This document shows positions 1 to 13,954 of a DNA stretch of 64,000 nucleotides, piece after piece; position 1 is the stretch's first letter, and each line of letters opens with the position of its first letter. The DNA lies in assembly GCF_009914755.1 (NCBI RefSeq), contig NC_060932.1; one strand, 5' to 3'. The position numbers were made by a program, and so were the translations under genes. The notes beneath the pieces were generated by a model. That model searched no databases and was not told the origin of the DNA. It worked only from the letters and a program-made list of their open reading frames with translations. The DNA comes from the human T2T-CHM13v2.0 reference genome, Homo sapiens.

Positions 1-439
1 ATTCATATTTGGGATCCCAGATCTGTCCCTGTTTGGAATCTCAGGAAACTTAAAGTCACTGATGTGCATCATCGATGTCCAGTCCTTCTGTCTTTTCTGC
101 AATGTTCCAGCATCTTATCCTTAAGCTACTTGCCTTAGGAACGAACCGACACCACTGAGATGACCAGTCCATCCTGGGTTAACTTTACCTCTCGGAAAAT
201 TCTTTATAATTGGCAATAACCAATAACTCCAATTGATAATAAATTCAATTAAAAAAATTAAATATGATTTGTGAAATGACAGTAGGGATAGCCCTAACTA
301 CACCCTAATTTGGTTCCTGCAAATCCATGGAAGTCACTGCTTATAAAAGTGAAATCCCATGGCTATGAAAGTCACCACCAACCCTCCTTTATACACTGCG
401 CGCCTTTCCAACAGGCAGGGCAATTTGACTTTGTGAGCA

Positions 440-670
440 ATGCTACTATTAACAGCTACCGATGACACAGTGCTTACCACGAGATGGGCATTGTGTGTGT
501 GCTGGCACCTAAGTGGATCCCCTCATTCCCACAGCAGCCCTGTGAATAGGATGGTGTTTTCTCCACTTTGCAGATGAGAAAACTGAGAGGTTAGGGTGGT
601 GGTATGAGTCAGTCACAGAGCTGACAACTGACCCCTGGCAGGTTTCTTTTCCAAGCTCCTGCTTTCCCCA
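440..670 (-). mobile_element. MIR SINE fragment
   Basis: Contains reverse-complement MIR core (ttgcagatgagaaaactgaga); boundaries approximate. Confidence 0.65.
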
Positions 671-1464
671 CGATGTCTTCTCTCAGGTGAACCCTCTCTC
701 TAGGCACTCCCTGTGGGTCCAATGGCAGCAGTCAAAGAAGAGTGCTGGGGCCAACCATGGGGCCACCCAAAGGAGCCAGTTCAGCATCATTCCCTTCTAA
801 TGTCCCCTCAGCTTAATGGAAATGCAACTCCAACTGTCAATTCCTAAAAGGGATTTCAGGAAGGTACTAATAGTCAATGACATTTCTGGATTCCCTTAAA
901 ATCTGTGATGCATTTATCTTTTATATAACAATAACTTACATAATCACAGAATCCCAGAATTTCAGAGTTGGTTAGGACTTTGCACATCATCTAATTCAGG
1001 CTTCTTCCTGATGTATCTGTTGGGAATAATTTCATAAAGAGGGAACTGAAAGTTCTTTTTTTTTTAAGAAGTGAATAAATGTGAGTGGCAGGCCTAGAAT
1101 AGTTGCTTTGCTCTGCAGCCCTTTTGGGAAAAATAAGAGAACCTGAAGTGAAGTCCTTGGCTTTAAAGGTTTGAAGGGTGGAAGACAAACACTAGAGCCA
1201 AATCAGAGCGTTCTACTGGCCTCCCGTGTTCTCTGGCTCAGTGTACTCATGGTCCAACTACTGCTATGTAGAGAAATATCCCTGTGATATAGATTTCTAT
1301 TAGCTACCTGGGACTAAGAAGGCAACTAACCATTTCCCAACCTTTTTCTAGAAGCCGTAGAGGACGAAAAAGGTGGAAAGTCTCTAATATATGAGGCTGA
1401 TATTTTCAAGAACCCAAACTGTTGGTCTGTTCTCCCATACATGGAGCTGCTGTCTGCCCTCATA

Positions 1465-1635
1465 GCTTAGTTACTATCTCTAGGCTCCAATTTTCTTATC
1501 TTCAAAGGGAGAATATCAAATGTACCTAACTCCTAGGATTCCCATGAGGATTAAATAAGAAAGCCTTAGTAATCTGCTGAGAAAAGGCCCTAGCAGAGGT
1601 TAGCACTCAACTAAATAATGCCTATTGTCATTCTT
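1465..1635 (+). mobile_element. MIR SINE fragment
   Basis: tacctaactcctaggattcccatgaggattaaataaga resembles MIR 3' half. Confidence 0.6.
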
Positions 1636-2694
1636 ATCACTCTATGGCTGGTGAAAGAGACAGATTAGGGACCATTTCTGCATAAAAATGCTTTATATTT
1701 GCATTTTGATTGGTCTTTTAAATTTTCTTTAACCATCTATCAGTGCCCGTTTTCTTCCAATTCATGCCATGAGTATTTAAGGCTTTTGTTGAAACTGAAC
1801 TGTTTGTAGATGTGTCTCCAGACCAATATGGGAGGTAGCGAATGGGAAAATATAAACAAAGGAATCGAGGAATTTTTGCCTTGTTTCCCAGATACATAAG
1901 CTCAGAGGGAAAAAAATCTTCACTGCCTTATTCTAGGAGGAAACTCTTAGAAAGTCTCTGGTTAGTTTTATCAATAATCAGTCATTGATTGAGAATTTAA
2001 TGTGCTTAATCACTGTGTACATTATCTCATCCAATCCTCACAACTGTTAGTTGAGATAGATTAGTTTGTCCCATTCTCTGGATGGCTTTCCCAAGATCAC
2101 TTACTTGGCATGTAGCACAGACAGGCTCTGAGCCTATTTTTATCTCACCCCAAGGCCCAGGCTCCCAACCACCACGCTATACATGTTTACAAAAAAGCCA
2201 GTGGATCTATGTCCTGTCTTAAGGCTCAGCCCAGTGAAACTGAGAAAGAAAATAGGAGTGCATCATTGTGTTATTTTCAGAATACCTACTCTGGCAAATT
2301 TAGGGATCTCTAAAGGAGGTCAGAAGGACTGGGTAATCTCTGATAAATCTCTTTAAGAGCAGGGCTTTGATAAAGTAGCGTTGCAACACAATTGCTCTAA
2401 CGGGCCCAACTGGGTAGTTTCTGGGAGCAGTTTCTAACGGGGGACTCACTGAGAGGCAGCTGAAATGGCTTATACGTAGCCTCCAAGGTTACCCATTGCC
2501 AAGAATGCCTCTGTCCTGTCATCTCCCCAGCATGTAGGGCCAACCGCGGCCCACAGCCCTGATCTCCCTCAATCCTTCAAATCACTCCAAATAAAAATGA
2601 TAAAAATAACATTTTATAGGAGCAAGTAATATTTAATCTTACATTTAGAGTAAATAAGTCTTGAAAAATATTATTGAAAATGGTATCAAACATT

Positions 2695-3128
2695 AGGTTT
2701 TTTATTTCAATGTTCCTTTTAGATTCAGAGGGTTTATGTGCAGGTGTGTTACATGGGTATATTGTGTGATTCTGAGGTTTGGGGTAGGAATGATCCTGTC
2801 ACCCAGGTACTGAGCATGGTACCCAGTAGGTAGTTTTTCAGCCCTTGCCTCTCTCCCTCCCTCCCCTCTCTAGTAGTCACCAGTGTCTATTGTTCCTATA
2901 TGTGCTCAATGTTTAGCTCCCACTTATAAGTGAGAACATGTAGTATTAGGTTTTCTGTTCCTGCATTAATGCACTTAGGATAATGGCCCCCAGCTGCATC
3001 CACATTCCAGCAGAGGATATAATTTCATTCTTTTTCATGACTGCATAGTATTCCACAGTGTGTATATATATTTTCTGTATCCAATCCACCACTGATGGGC
3101 ACCTAGGCTGATTCCATAACTTTGCTAT
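2695..3128 (-). mobile_element. L1 3' end fragment (older L1PA/L1PB-type)
   Basis: cccacttataagtgagaacatg...ttttctgttcctgcattaat is the antisense L1 3' UTR signature. Confidence 0.85.
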
Positions 3129-3285
3129 ACAAGTTTTTAAGAGGCTGCTTGCTTTGCAAACTCAGCTTTAAGACAGACCCCTGGCCCATCCCCCAAGTCA
3201 ATGCTATATAGAAATCCTAGAACTGAGACAAGATGAAAAACGTGAAGAACAGAAAGCTTTGCTTGGTGTCTTAAGAATATGGGGC

Positions 3286-3699
<414 letters not shown>

Positions 3700-4773
3700 T
3701 CAGTGTAAATATTGAAAAGACATCTTGAAGTGACAGTGTTTGCTCTGGATGCTCTGTGCTTCCAGTAGGTTCCCCCATGATGTCTTATCTTAGGGTTAAC
3801 CTCTCTCTAGCCACTCTCCAGGGACCCTGCCGGGTTGAAGGGTTGATTTTCTTCAGTTCTCCAGACCAGCCTTTTAAAAATAAAGACAAGAACTGGATGA
3901 ACAGAACATTAAGAAAAATGTTTGGGAAGGATGTACATGGATATGGAGTTAGAAATAAGGCCCTGTGTGCTGACGCCAGTGTATTTTCTAGATTGCACTT
4001 CTAGTCTTTTATATGGATGTTTGACTCTGCTGTGTTCTCTCCCCTCTCCCTTCTCATGTGGAGGGAGAGGATAATCTCTGAATTGACCTTACCTAGGTAT
4101 GGCTCTTGTTGAATCCAAGGGGAGAGTCAGCCATGAGTGGCACAGCCCAAGGCAGGACGAGTGAGAACCAGGAGACATATAACTTGTCTACAGACCCGGT
4201 GCTCAGGGGAGGAGATCCCAGTGATCAGAGCCTGCATTCAGGTCTTACAGGTTGGTAACTCATCTCTTTCAACGGGAGAAGTGTAAATACTACAGGGCAA
4301 TAGATTATCTATAAGTCTTTTAATTCCAGAAATCTAAATGAGGCCATTAAAGGCGTTCAGAAGATCCTTGGAAACAAGGTAAGACACTAAAAGAAAGACT
4401 GGCATATAACTTTAAGAGTTGGGAGAATCTGCTGCAATGCACAATATGCAAGTGTTTCTCTAAACAGAGACCAGCGTGCTGTGCTCCATGATATATTGAC
4501 GTCCGTGGCTGTGATTCATAATGACTACGGATTTGGCTCTTATAGGAATGTCTTCATCCAGTGAAGAAAATAATGTGAGGTTATGGGGACCTCCAGTCAC
4601 CAACACTAATGTTCCTTAATATTACAGTAGGCCAACAGAAATCAGGGACTAATAAACTCTAGAAAAAGAGTAGCCCTGGTAATCAAGAGTGGCACTAACC
4701 AAATTTGGCAAACTCAATGAAGGTGTGTCAGTTTTGGAAACTTCTTTATTCAACGGAATGAGAATACTCCTAA

Positions 4774-5128
<355 letters not shown>

Positions 5129-5434
5129 TCAACCTTTTTCATTGTGGAGACATGCTTTCCAGAGCTGATGTTTAGTGCCATCTTCTGTACATCCCACATT
5201 GTGCTGTTGGCACTGAAAAAATATCAGATCCCTGCTTCTATCTGCCTTGCTGGTTCTCCTTGGTGTCCTGCTGCCATACACAGTACAGGGCAATAGGCAC
5301 TCTTCATAGTAAGCCCAACATACCCTGTGTAATTGCCCCATTTGCCCTTAAGCCCAGGGCACTGATGAGTTAAATTCTAACAATGACATGACATAGGAAT
5401 TGTTCCCAGTGTCTCCATTAGAGAAGGGTATTGA

Positions 5435-6090
5435 TAGGCATTCATTCAACAGACTTAGACTGGGCACCTACTCTTTCCCAGGGACACTGGCATATCCCAA
5501 GGATGCTATTCCTCAGGATGTCTACATAAGAAACGTAAAACATTTCTTATCCTCAAGAATCTCACATGTGAGTCGAGAAGACAAATAGCTAATGATTGCT
5601 GTGCTACAAACGGTGTGTTGTGGTAGAGCCCTGGATGCATGGGGGACACAGGAACAGCAGCTCAATCTGACTGAAAGGCAGAAAAAGGCCTCTAGAAGGG
5701 AGATGACTCCAGAGCTGAGTGGGAAACGCAGTTACAACATAACAATGACTTATTGTTACATCAGCTGGGTTAGGGCACAAGAGAAAGTTCCGAGCACAGA
5801 GAACTGCATATGTGAAGGTGTGGCCTCATGAAACCACAGCACACTGTTAGGAGCTACCAGCCTGTCACAAGTGGGTGTGAAGGTTGCCTAGAGGAGACTA
5901 CCAGGAGATAACACTGAAGGGGTGGATTAGGAAAGCCCTTGTGCACCATCTTGAACTTTACCTTGAATGCAATGGAGAGCTGTGAAAGGGCTTTAAGCAA
6001 GGCCCAGGCCTCACTGAATCTGTGGTTTAGAAAGAACTCTCTGGTTACAAGATGGAGCATGGATGCAAGCGAGGTGAGAATAGACAAGAG
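5435..6090 (-). mobile_element. L2 fragments
   Basis: cattcattcaaca...gggcacctact L2 3' signature plus degenerate downstream L2-like segments. Confidence 0.55.
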
Positions 6091-6309
6091 GGACAAAATA
6101 GTGACTAAAGGGTCAAAGTCTTTGCTTCATGCACTTCTTTGATCAGCGCCCCTGTGAACTGGCACTTGATACCATGGCAGTGAGCACTGTCCAAGTCTTT
6201 TGACAACATTTAGCCCCTCAACCCAAGAGCTCTGAAACCCCAGCATGTTTCCAAATGTCTTTATTTTACCCTCACCTTTGATTATGTTTATTCCATCTCC
6301 ACATTGGAT

Positions 6310-6805
6310 GTGTCAACAAAAAGAGCCAAACTCTGTAAAATATCTGAAGAAATTTATTCTGAGCCCAATATGAGTGACCAATGGCCTGTGACACAGCCCT
6401 CAGGAGATCCTGAGAACATGTGCCAAAAGTGGCCGGGCCACAACTTTTTTTTTTTTTGAGATGGAGTCTTGCTCTGTCACCTGGGTTGGAGAGCAATGGT
6501 GTGATCTCAGCTCACTGTAGCCTCCACCTCCCAGGTTCAAGCTATTCTGCTGCCTCAGCCTCCCGAGTAGCTGGGATTACAGGTGCCTGCCACTACACCT
6601 GGCTAATTTTTGTATTTTTAGTAGAGGCAGAGTTTTGCCACGTTGGCCAGGCTAGTCTCAAACTCCAAACTTCAGGTGATCCACCAGTCTCGGCCTCCCA
6701 AAGTACTGGGATTACAGGCATGAGCCACAGCACCTGGCCCCACAACTTGGTTTTATACAACTTAAGGAGACATAAGACATCAATCAATATATGTAAGACA
6801 TACAC
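6310..6805 (-). mobile_element. MER4-group (MER41/MER4A-like) LTR fragment, interrupted by an Alu
   Basis: tgtcaacaaaaagagccaaactctgtaaaatatctgaagaaatttattctgagccc...cagccctcaggagatcctgagaacatgtgcc; resumes after the Alu at 6740. Confidence 0.75.
6445..6739 (-). mobile_element. AluSx-like
   Basis: Full antisense Alu; TSD ccacaactt at 6438-6446 and 6740-6748. Confidence 0.95.
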
Positions 6806-6847
6806 TTCAAGGAAACTTTGCATTCATAGTAAGCTTTGCTGATGAGC

Positions 6848-7030
6848 AGTGGTTCTCAAACTACAGTGTGTACTTGGGGGTCTTGCCAAACTAAATCTCA
6901 GGCTGCCACCCTCAGTGTTTCAGATTCAGTCAGTCTGGAGCAGGGGGCAAGAACGTTCATGTTTAACAAGGTCCCAGGTGATGATAATACTAAAGATCAG
7001 AAAACCACTCAACCAGAACCATTGCTCTGA
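6848..7030. mobile_element. MER5A-like hAT DNA transposon
   Basis: cagtggttctcaaact terminus; ttaacaaggtcccaggtgat internal motif. Confidence 0.7.
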
Positions 7031-8617
7031 CCAGCGGAATTCTTAAGGACTTCCTGAGAACAATATCTTCCGGTACTTCTCCTTGGGCTGGTCAGATTCC
7101 TCAAAGGCCGCTCTCGCAATCTCATGCTTAGGGTCTAGGCCTGGCTGCCAGTATTTTGGTAAACTAAGAGGGCTTGTAGGTCTTATCATTAAATATGTAA
7201 ATGTCCATTTGATCACCCTGTTATGGTATCTTTGCCATCAGCTAATTCTACAGTCTCCCCATTCCAGAGAAACTCTGCTTCAACCTCTCCAGAGACTAGA
7301 AACCTCTCAACTCATGTCAGTGTGGATGATGGGCAGGGCCTCAGCTGTGCAGGATGAAGGAGAAAACGGAAGACAAATGCTTCCTAAGCAGACTCCCAGC
7401 TGAGTTTTTATAGCCCCACCTTTGCTGCAATTCCTGGAACCATCAATTCCTGAGTATTTGGGGTGTTCTGCAGTGTAATAAGTTTGCTTTTCACCTCCCA
7501 CTCTACCAGCTGAGAAGAAGTCTGCATTTTTGGATCTGCAAAGTCAGCTGAATGTGTCCTCCTCCCTCCAGCTTCCAGGACTGTGTTGTTCTTGTCTCCT
7601 CCATCATTTTCTTTGTCCTTGTGGGCGTATGCTCTGTTTAAGCCCCATTGCTGTTATTTTTGTTGGCTTTCAAGAGGAAAAGGAGATAAATGAAAGTAGT
7701 CAATCTTCTGTCTTTACCCAAAGTCCTTCACAGGATTTTACCCAAAAGTCCTCTAAAAAGATTTGGTTGAGTACTAGTTGCTGATAATGCTGAGCTGCTT
7801 GTGTTTGTAAAGACAGATGTGGCCTCATTGTGACTATTTCAGGTTTATGGGTCATGTTTTTTCTTTCTGTTCTAAAGAAAGCTTCCTATTTCAAAATAAT
7901 TTTCTTTAAAAAAAAAAAACAGCACATCCCCAGTCATGACCCCCAGAATAAAATATGGAGACTCTCCCTTTTCTGACTTCTCAGATGTATATTAATTAGA
8001 AAGTACCCTCAAGAAACAGTGGAGCTCTAAATCGGATTCATTTCTATATTCAGTGTAACATAATCAAGTTGTCAGAATTTTTACAATGCTTCTAATGAAG
8101 TGCCCAGCATAATGAATTGTACAATTATAATAAAATGGGGTTCTAATTAACAATTACCATTCAAAGCAAGAACACTCCAGGTTTTTTTTATCCTCCTCTC
8201 AAACTGGAGGCTAACAAGTAGTTAGGAAAAAAATTAACAGGGGGTATGTGTGGAAAGGAGCACAGTACTCGAAATGACTAACAAAGCTAGTTTTTCCTCT
8301 AAGTTTGTAAGTGACAGTATAACTTGAGAGAATATATTCTCAGGTATGGTTGCAGGAACTTTTCTGATCATCTGAGCTTTCCCAGATATGATATGGTGGT
8401 GTATAAACTTGGGTGTTTAAGCACGAATTAATGACTTACTAACAATAGCTTTCAATTGAGTCTCATCCAAGGAGTCATATCCTTCCCTTCTGTCCTGTGA
8501 ATTCATGGTATCAAGTGACAATAGGAGGGTAAATGGACCAGAGGTTCTTTGCTGCCATCAAGGGTCTGAGGGAGAAAAAGTCTACGAATCACTGTAGTCA
8601 TTAAAATAAAAGCTGCT

Positions 8618-8935
8618 GGCCAGGTGCAGTGGCTCACGCCTGTAATTCCAGCACCTTGGAAGGCTGAGGCTGGCAGATCACTAGAGTTCAGGACTTAGAG
8701 ACCAGCCTGGGCAAGAGGGTAAAACCCCATCTCTGCAAAAAAAATACAAAAATTAGCCGGTTTTGGTGGTGTGTGCCTGTAGTCTCAGCTACTTCTGGGG
8801 GCCGAGGCCGGAGAATCAATTCAGCCCGGGAGGTTGAGGCTGCAGATCACGCCACTACACTCCAGCCTGGGTGACAAAGTGAGACCCTGTCTCAAAAAAC
8901 AAAGAAAAATACATAAATAAAATAAAATAAAATAA
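8618..8935 (+). mobile_element. Alu (J/S)
   Basis: Dimeric Alu; TSD aaataaaagctgc on both sides. Confidence 0.95.
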
Positions 8936-9407
8936 AAGCTGCCCTTTCCTGAAAGGACCAGTAAGCATTATGCTAGATAATTCAGCGTGCATTATTTAGT
9001 ATTTTCACAACCCGCGAGGTGTATATTTTACAGATGAGAAAAGCTAAAGCTTAAAGATGCTCAGAGGTCAAAGTCATAACCAAAAAGAACCCGAGCCTGG
9101 TGTGGCGAGCTCCAAACTCTAGCTGGCCCTCTAGAGAAAACACTGTCTCAGCTTGATTCTGGCTTTGGCGCTGATCCATTTTGCAGCCTGCAGCAAGCCA
9201 TTTGCTCACTGCTTTCTGGAACCTGCTTTGTGAAACTCCGGGGGGCACCGGTGATGATCTATCCTAGAGTTTTATAATGCGAGAGCTCTGCTTTCACCAT
9301 CTGCTTTTCTCATTGGGATGCAAAAAAATGGTGAAAATTACCATTGTGGTTGGTTATGATGTTTCTGTTTCAAGTAACGAAACTCCCAACTGGACAGTTT
9401 ATAAAAG

Positions 9408-9456
9408 GAGAGAGAGAAAGAGAGAGAGAGAAAGAGAGAGAAAGAGAGAGAAAGAG

Positions 9457-9505
<49 letters not shown>

Positions 9506-9628
9506 GCAAGAGAGAGAGAAAAAGAGAGCAAGAGAGAGAGAGAGAAAGAGAGAGCAAGAGAGAGAGAAAGAGAGAGAGAGAGAAAGAGAGAGAAAAATGG
9601 AGAAAAAGAGAGAAAGAAAAAGAAAAAG

Positions 9629-9659
<31 letters not shown>

Positions 9660-9803
9660 AAGAAAGAGAGAGAAAGAAAGAAAGAGAGAAAGAGAGACAG
9701 AGAGGGAGAAAAAGAGAGAAAGAGAAAGAGAAACAAAGAGAAAGAAAGAAAGAGAGAAAGAGAAAGAGAAAGAAAAAGAGAGAGAGAGAAAGACAAAGAG
9801 AGA
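9408..9803. repeat. About 400-bp compound (GA)n/(GAAA)n polypurine tract
   Basis: Almost purine-only on the + strand; source of the ER/K-rich and LS/F-rich spurious ORFs. Confidence 0.97.
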
Positions 9804-10000
9804 CAATGAGGATGAAGACCTTTATGATAATCCATTTCCACTTAATAAATAGTAAATCCATTGTCTCTTCCTTATGATTTCCTAAACATTTTCTTTTCTC
9901 TAGCTTACTTTATTGTAAGAATATAGTATATAATACAGTAACATACAAAGTGTGTGTTCATCAACTGTTTATATTATCAGTAAGGCTTCCAGTCAGTGGC
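9801..10000 (+). mobile_element. Tigger2a (MER28)-like DNA transposon, 3' part
   Basis: gatgaagacctttatgataatccatttccacttaat...ctctagcttactttattgtaagaat...taaggcttcc matches recalled Tigger2a 3' region. Confidence 0.75.
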
Positions 10001-11899
10001 AGTTTATAACAAATGGTTGTTTCTGATATTCGTTGGCAGCCTTTAGTCCTTTTTTATTTTTTATTTTTTGAGACAGGATCTTACTCTGTTGCCCAGGATG
10101 GAGTGCCAGGAGGTTCTGGTGTAGCCCAGATCACTGCGTGAGCAGTGGCCTGTTGGGGACCATCTTGGAAATGTTACCTTGATTTTGAAGAGCAGTAATG
10201 CAAACATTTGTTCCTCTTTTTCCATTGGTTGTTATTGTGTCAGGATATGGTGCCTAGAACCATAGTGGCCACCTTGCAGCCCTGGAGGGCCCAGTGGAAG
10301 CAATGCTAGTACCTTGAAGGTGACAGGGCAGGAAGACAGGAGCCCAGGGTCCCGATGACATTGTGAAGTCACTGATGTAACCAGACCCAGAGTTGGGCTA
10401 CACCAGAACGTCATTTGCAGGATCAGACCCAGAGTTGGGCTACTCACGCCCAAGTGACCAGGATGAGATCACCCCAAACTCATTCCTGACAAGGGGCACG
10501 GGGTGGTCATGATAAGATTAGACTAATTTGCGTTTGCTCCTGAGTCAGGTTAGAAAAAAGTGAACATCTGGACAAAATGAGGACTCTTGACTGTAAGGAG
10601 GAAGGAAAGAAGTGGCCACTGGGTGGAGAACCAAGTGTAACTTCATCCAAGTGAAGTGTGAAAACTTCTCTGAAAAAAGATCATATAAAATCTGGATTCT
10701 CATGTTGCCGTATTTTCTACTGTCCTCCGGACTGGGGGTGTGGGGAAGAAAAGCATTGGTTTGGGACCTTAGTTGAGGAGGCACAGAAGAAACTAAAATA
10801 GCTTCATCTATGTTAGGACTTAAGCTAAATTTCCATGTATTTAGACAAATACTGTAACAAATGCATTTAACTCTCAATACTATAAAGCAGCAGAAGGATT
10901 GAGAATCCATGAATAAATGGATATTTACCTTTTGGTTATAGTTTAAGATACAGGCTATTATTAGCTGATCAGTAACAAGCTAAGGTTAAAATTCAAAGGT
11001 GCCAATGACAACATTCACAAGGGGTTTCTGCACATCCCTGCAATCTAATTTCAGTATTTTGGGCTATACTGTGGAGTTGTCATGTTGCTCTGGTTCTCCC
11101 AGTGGTATTTGGAAAGAGTTCTCTGCGAGGCTGACATATACAACCTGCATCTCTTCTTACAGATCATTTGTGCTGTCAGCATGCAGTTTTTCCAGTTCAG
11201 TAAAGTAGGTCATATAGGAATATTGGATTCATCTGTGCCACTCTTGAAGCCTTTGAAGATTAATGAGTTTCTGCAATGCATGCAAAGTGTTTTAAATTCT
11301 TGGAAGACAAGATTTGCCTGTTATGAAACAGCAACATCCCCAATTATCAGCCATTAAGCTTCCCACCAACCTCAGCCAACAATCAAATGCATGGAAAAGA
11401 AAATCTCTTTTTAAAACATAAATCTGATGATGTCACTACCTATTCAAAAAGCTTTCATGGTGTCACATTGCCTGCAGGAGGGAATCCAAGCTGTTTTTAA
11501 AAACACTCAAGATTCCCTTGGTTGGGAATCTGACCCCTCTTTGTCCTCCATTCCTGTTTCCTCCAGTCTTACCAAGTCCTTCACTATTTCTGCCTGGTAT
11601 GAACTGCTGACATCTGTGCCTTTGTCTAACTGCAGTACTTTATGTCCACCATTTAAATATCTATTAATGCATTAACACCCTGATCAAACCCAGTTCCTCT
11701 AGCAACCTCCCTGTGTCTGCTATCCCCTATTGATTAATCAGAATTAATCAATCTCATCTCTGCGGGCTCCCATCTTTGTTTCTGCCTCTCTAACAATTTT
11801 TTACAGTTGGTCCTCCTAATAATAAACATACTTTTGCATCTGCTGATCTTTCTGGGCCACTAAATGAAGAGCTTCCTAGGATGGAAACCAGCTATATCT

Positions 11900-12138
11900 C
11901 CAGCAATCTGGTTTCCTCTTCCTGGACACACAGGGAGACATCACTTCCTAGTCTTCCTCGAGGTTAGTTGGAGGCTGTGTGTTTGGGTTCTGACTGATGT
12001 GATGGGGTAGAAGTGATTGTAACCATCTTCCAGGATTGGCCTTTTAAAATATCTCAAATGAGCCTCCAGTCCTCTCTTCACCCAATGTAGATAGAGGCCA
12101 GCGTCACAAGATGAAAGGAGACAGGATTCCTGATTAAT
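11900..12138 (+). mobile_element. MLT1 (MaLR) LTR fragment
   Basis: gaggttagttggaggctgtgtg...agaagtgat...cacaagatgaaaggagacaggattcctga typical of MLT1. Confidence 0.55.
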
Positions 12139-12140
12139 TA

Positions 12141-12335
12141 CACTTAACCTTGAACAACACGGGGTTGAACTGCTGCAACCACAATATTTTTTCAGTAAAA
12201 GTTACAACACGGAGTGTGCCTGTCTCTCCTGCCTCCCCTTCCACTTCCTCCAACTCTTCCACTGCTGTCACCCCTGGCACAGCAGAAGCAACCCCTCTTC
12301 TTCCTCCTCTCCAGCCTACTCATGCAAAGACAATG
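12141..12335 (+). mobile_element. Tigger2a (MER28)-like DNA transposon, 5' part
   Basis: TA followed by a degenerate TIR (cacttaaccttgaacaacacggggttgaactgc), then agtgtgcctgtctctcctgcctccccttccac...cagcctactca. Confidence 0.75.
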
Positions 12336-13499
12336 CCCAGCAGTTGTCAGCTGTCCAGCAAGGGTCCATGAAAGCATCCAAATACGGCAAGGTGTTTCTT
12401 TGATGTTTCTCAGTCTCAGCATTGGGCTTTTGTTTCTATGAATGTTTTTCTACCAAATAAGATGTTTCTATCACTAAGTCCTATGGTATTATTTAAGTTA
12501 CACAAACAGCAATTTTGAACGAAAGCAGATTTGGACGGCTGGGACCTATTTGGATGTGTGATGCCAATGAGCTGTATAATCTAGCTCTTTGTTCAGTCAG
12601 TGCTGAAATGTGACATCCCTGGGCTGTGATTAGACTCCCTAGTCATTCAGACGGCTGTTCAGAAATTCTCCCCACTTCCTCGTGGAGATGGGCATCTGAA
12701 GGATACGTTTCCCCATGCTTCTTGAATATGAAGTAACAACATTTAAACATCTTTCATTCAATCACCATTTAGCTATCAAGGTCATGAAACAGCATGAAAT
12801 GAAGCACTCAGTCAATTATCTAAAGATAGGCTTTTTAAGCAGTGACCACTGTCCCTGTCATAATTACATCTCTAACAGGAAGGGGAGAAACCCCACCTGG
12901 TTTCCTTTTGCCAAACACAAAGTTGCTCCTGTGGGTTCTGGATCTAGAAGTGGAGAGTTTTACTAAGTCAAAGAGGCTGCTTGGGGGTACCAACTCCCGG
13001 CCAGAAGGCTGGCAGGTGACCAGGACAGTCACTGCTCTGGTCCCATGGGGATGGCTGCCCTGTCTCCCTTTGCTCAGGGGGATTGGTCTGGGGACTCGTT
13101 TGCTAATGAACCTGCCTTGTTAACTCTTTTGTCCCTTGAATCACAATCCAGAAGCTGCTTGTGATCTTGGTCCAGTCCAGGGGGAAATCAGTCCCGTTCT
13201 ATCAACAACCACCAGGCACAATGATCAGACATCAATTACTTGGCTGAGTGAGGACAAAATAATTGAATTGGAACGTGTTGCACGTGCAATTTCTCTAACT
13301 TTGGGCTGACACTTATCTAGCCCTGGAGCAGTGAGCAATTTTCCTGTGAACAGTTGCTAATTAGAGAGGGTGTGTTTTCTTTAATGGATTCATAATTCAT
13401 CCTATTATACTTTAAAACAATGTTTTAAAGTTTGTTACCTCAGGACAGAAATGGTAAACTGAAGGAGATAGTGGCAAAGGTCAGGCATTGGATTTTTAG

Positions 13500-13806
<307 letters not shown>

Positions 13807-13954
13807 AGAAAGTAGGATTTTTCAAATGCCATTAGTCTAAAAAGCTTCGAGATACTTCACAGTGATGTTTCAGGAGATCTTACCATCTGTGTATGTCTCA
13901 GTTGTGGTGAATTACTTAGCAATGCTTTTAGGAGGCAGAATCAGACATCATGCT

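Noticed and set aside
9277-9877. Six long ORFs (up to 191 aa) rich in E/R/K or L/S/F
   Set aside because: They are translations of the stop-free GA microsatellite, open in most frames on both strands
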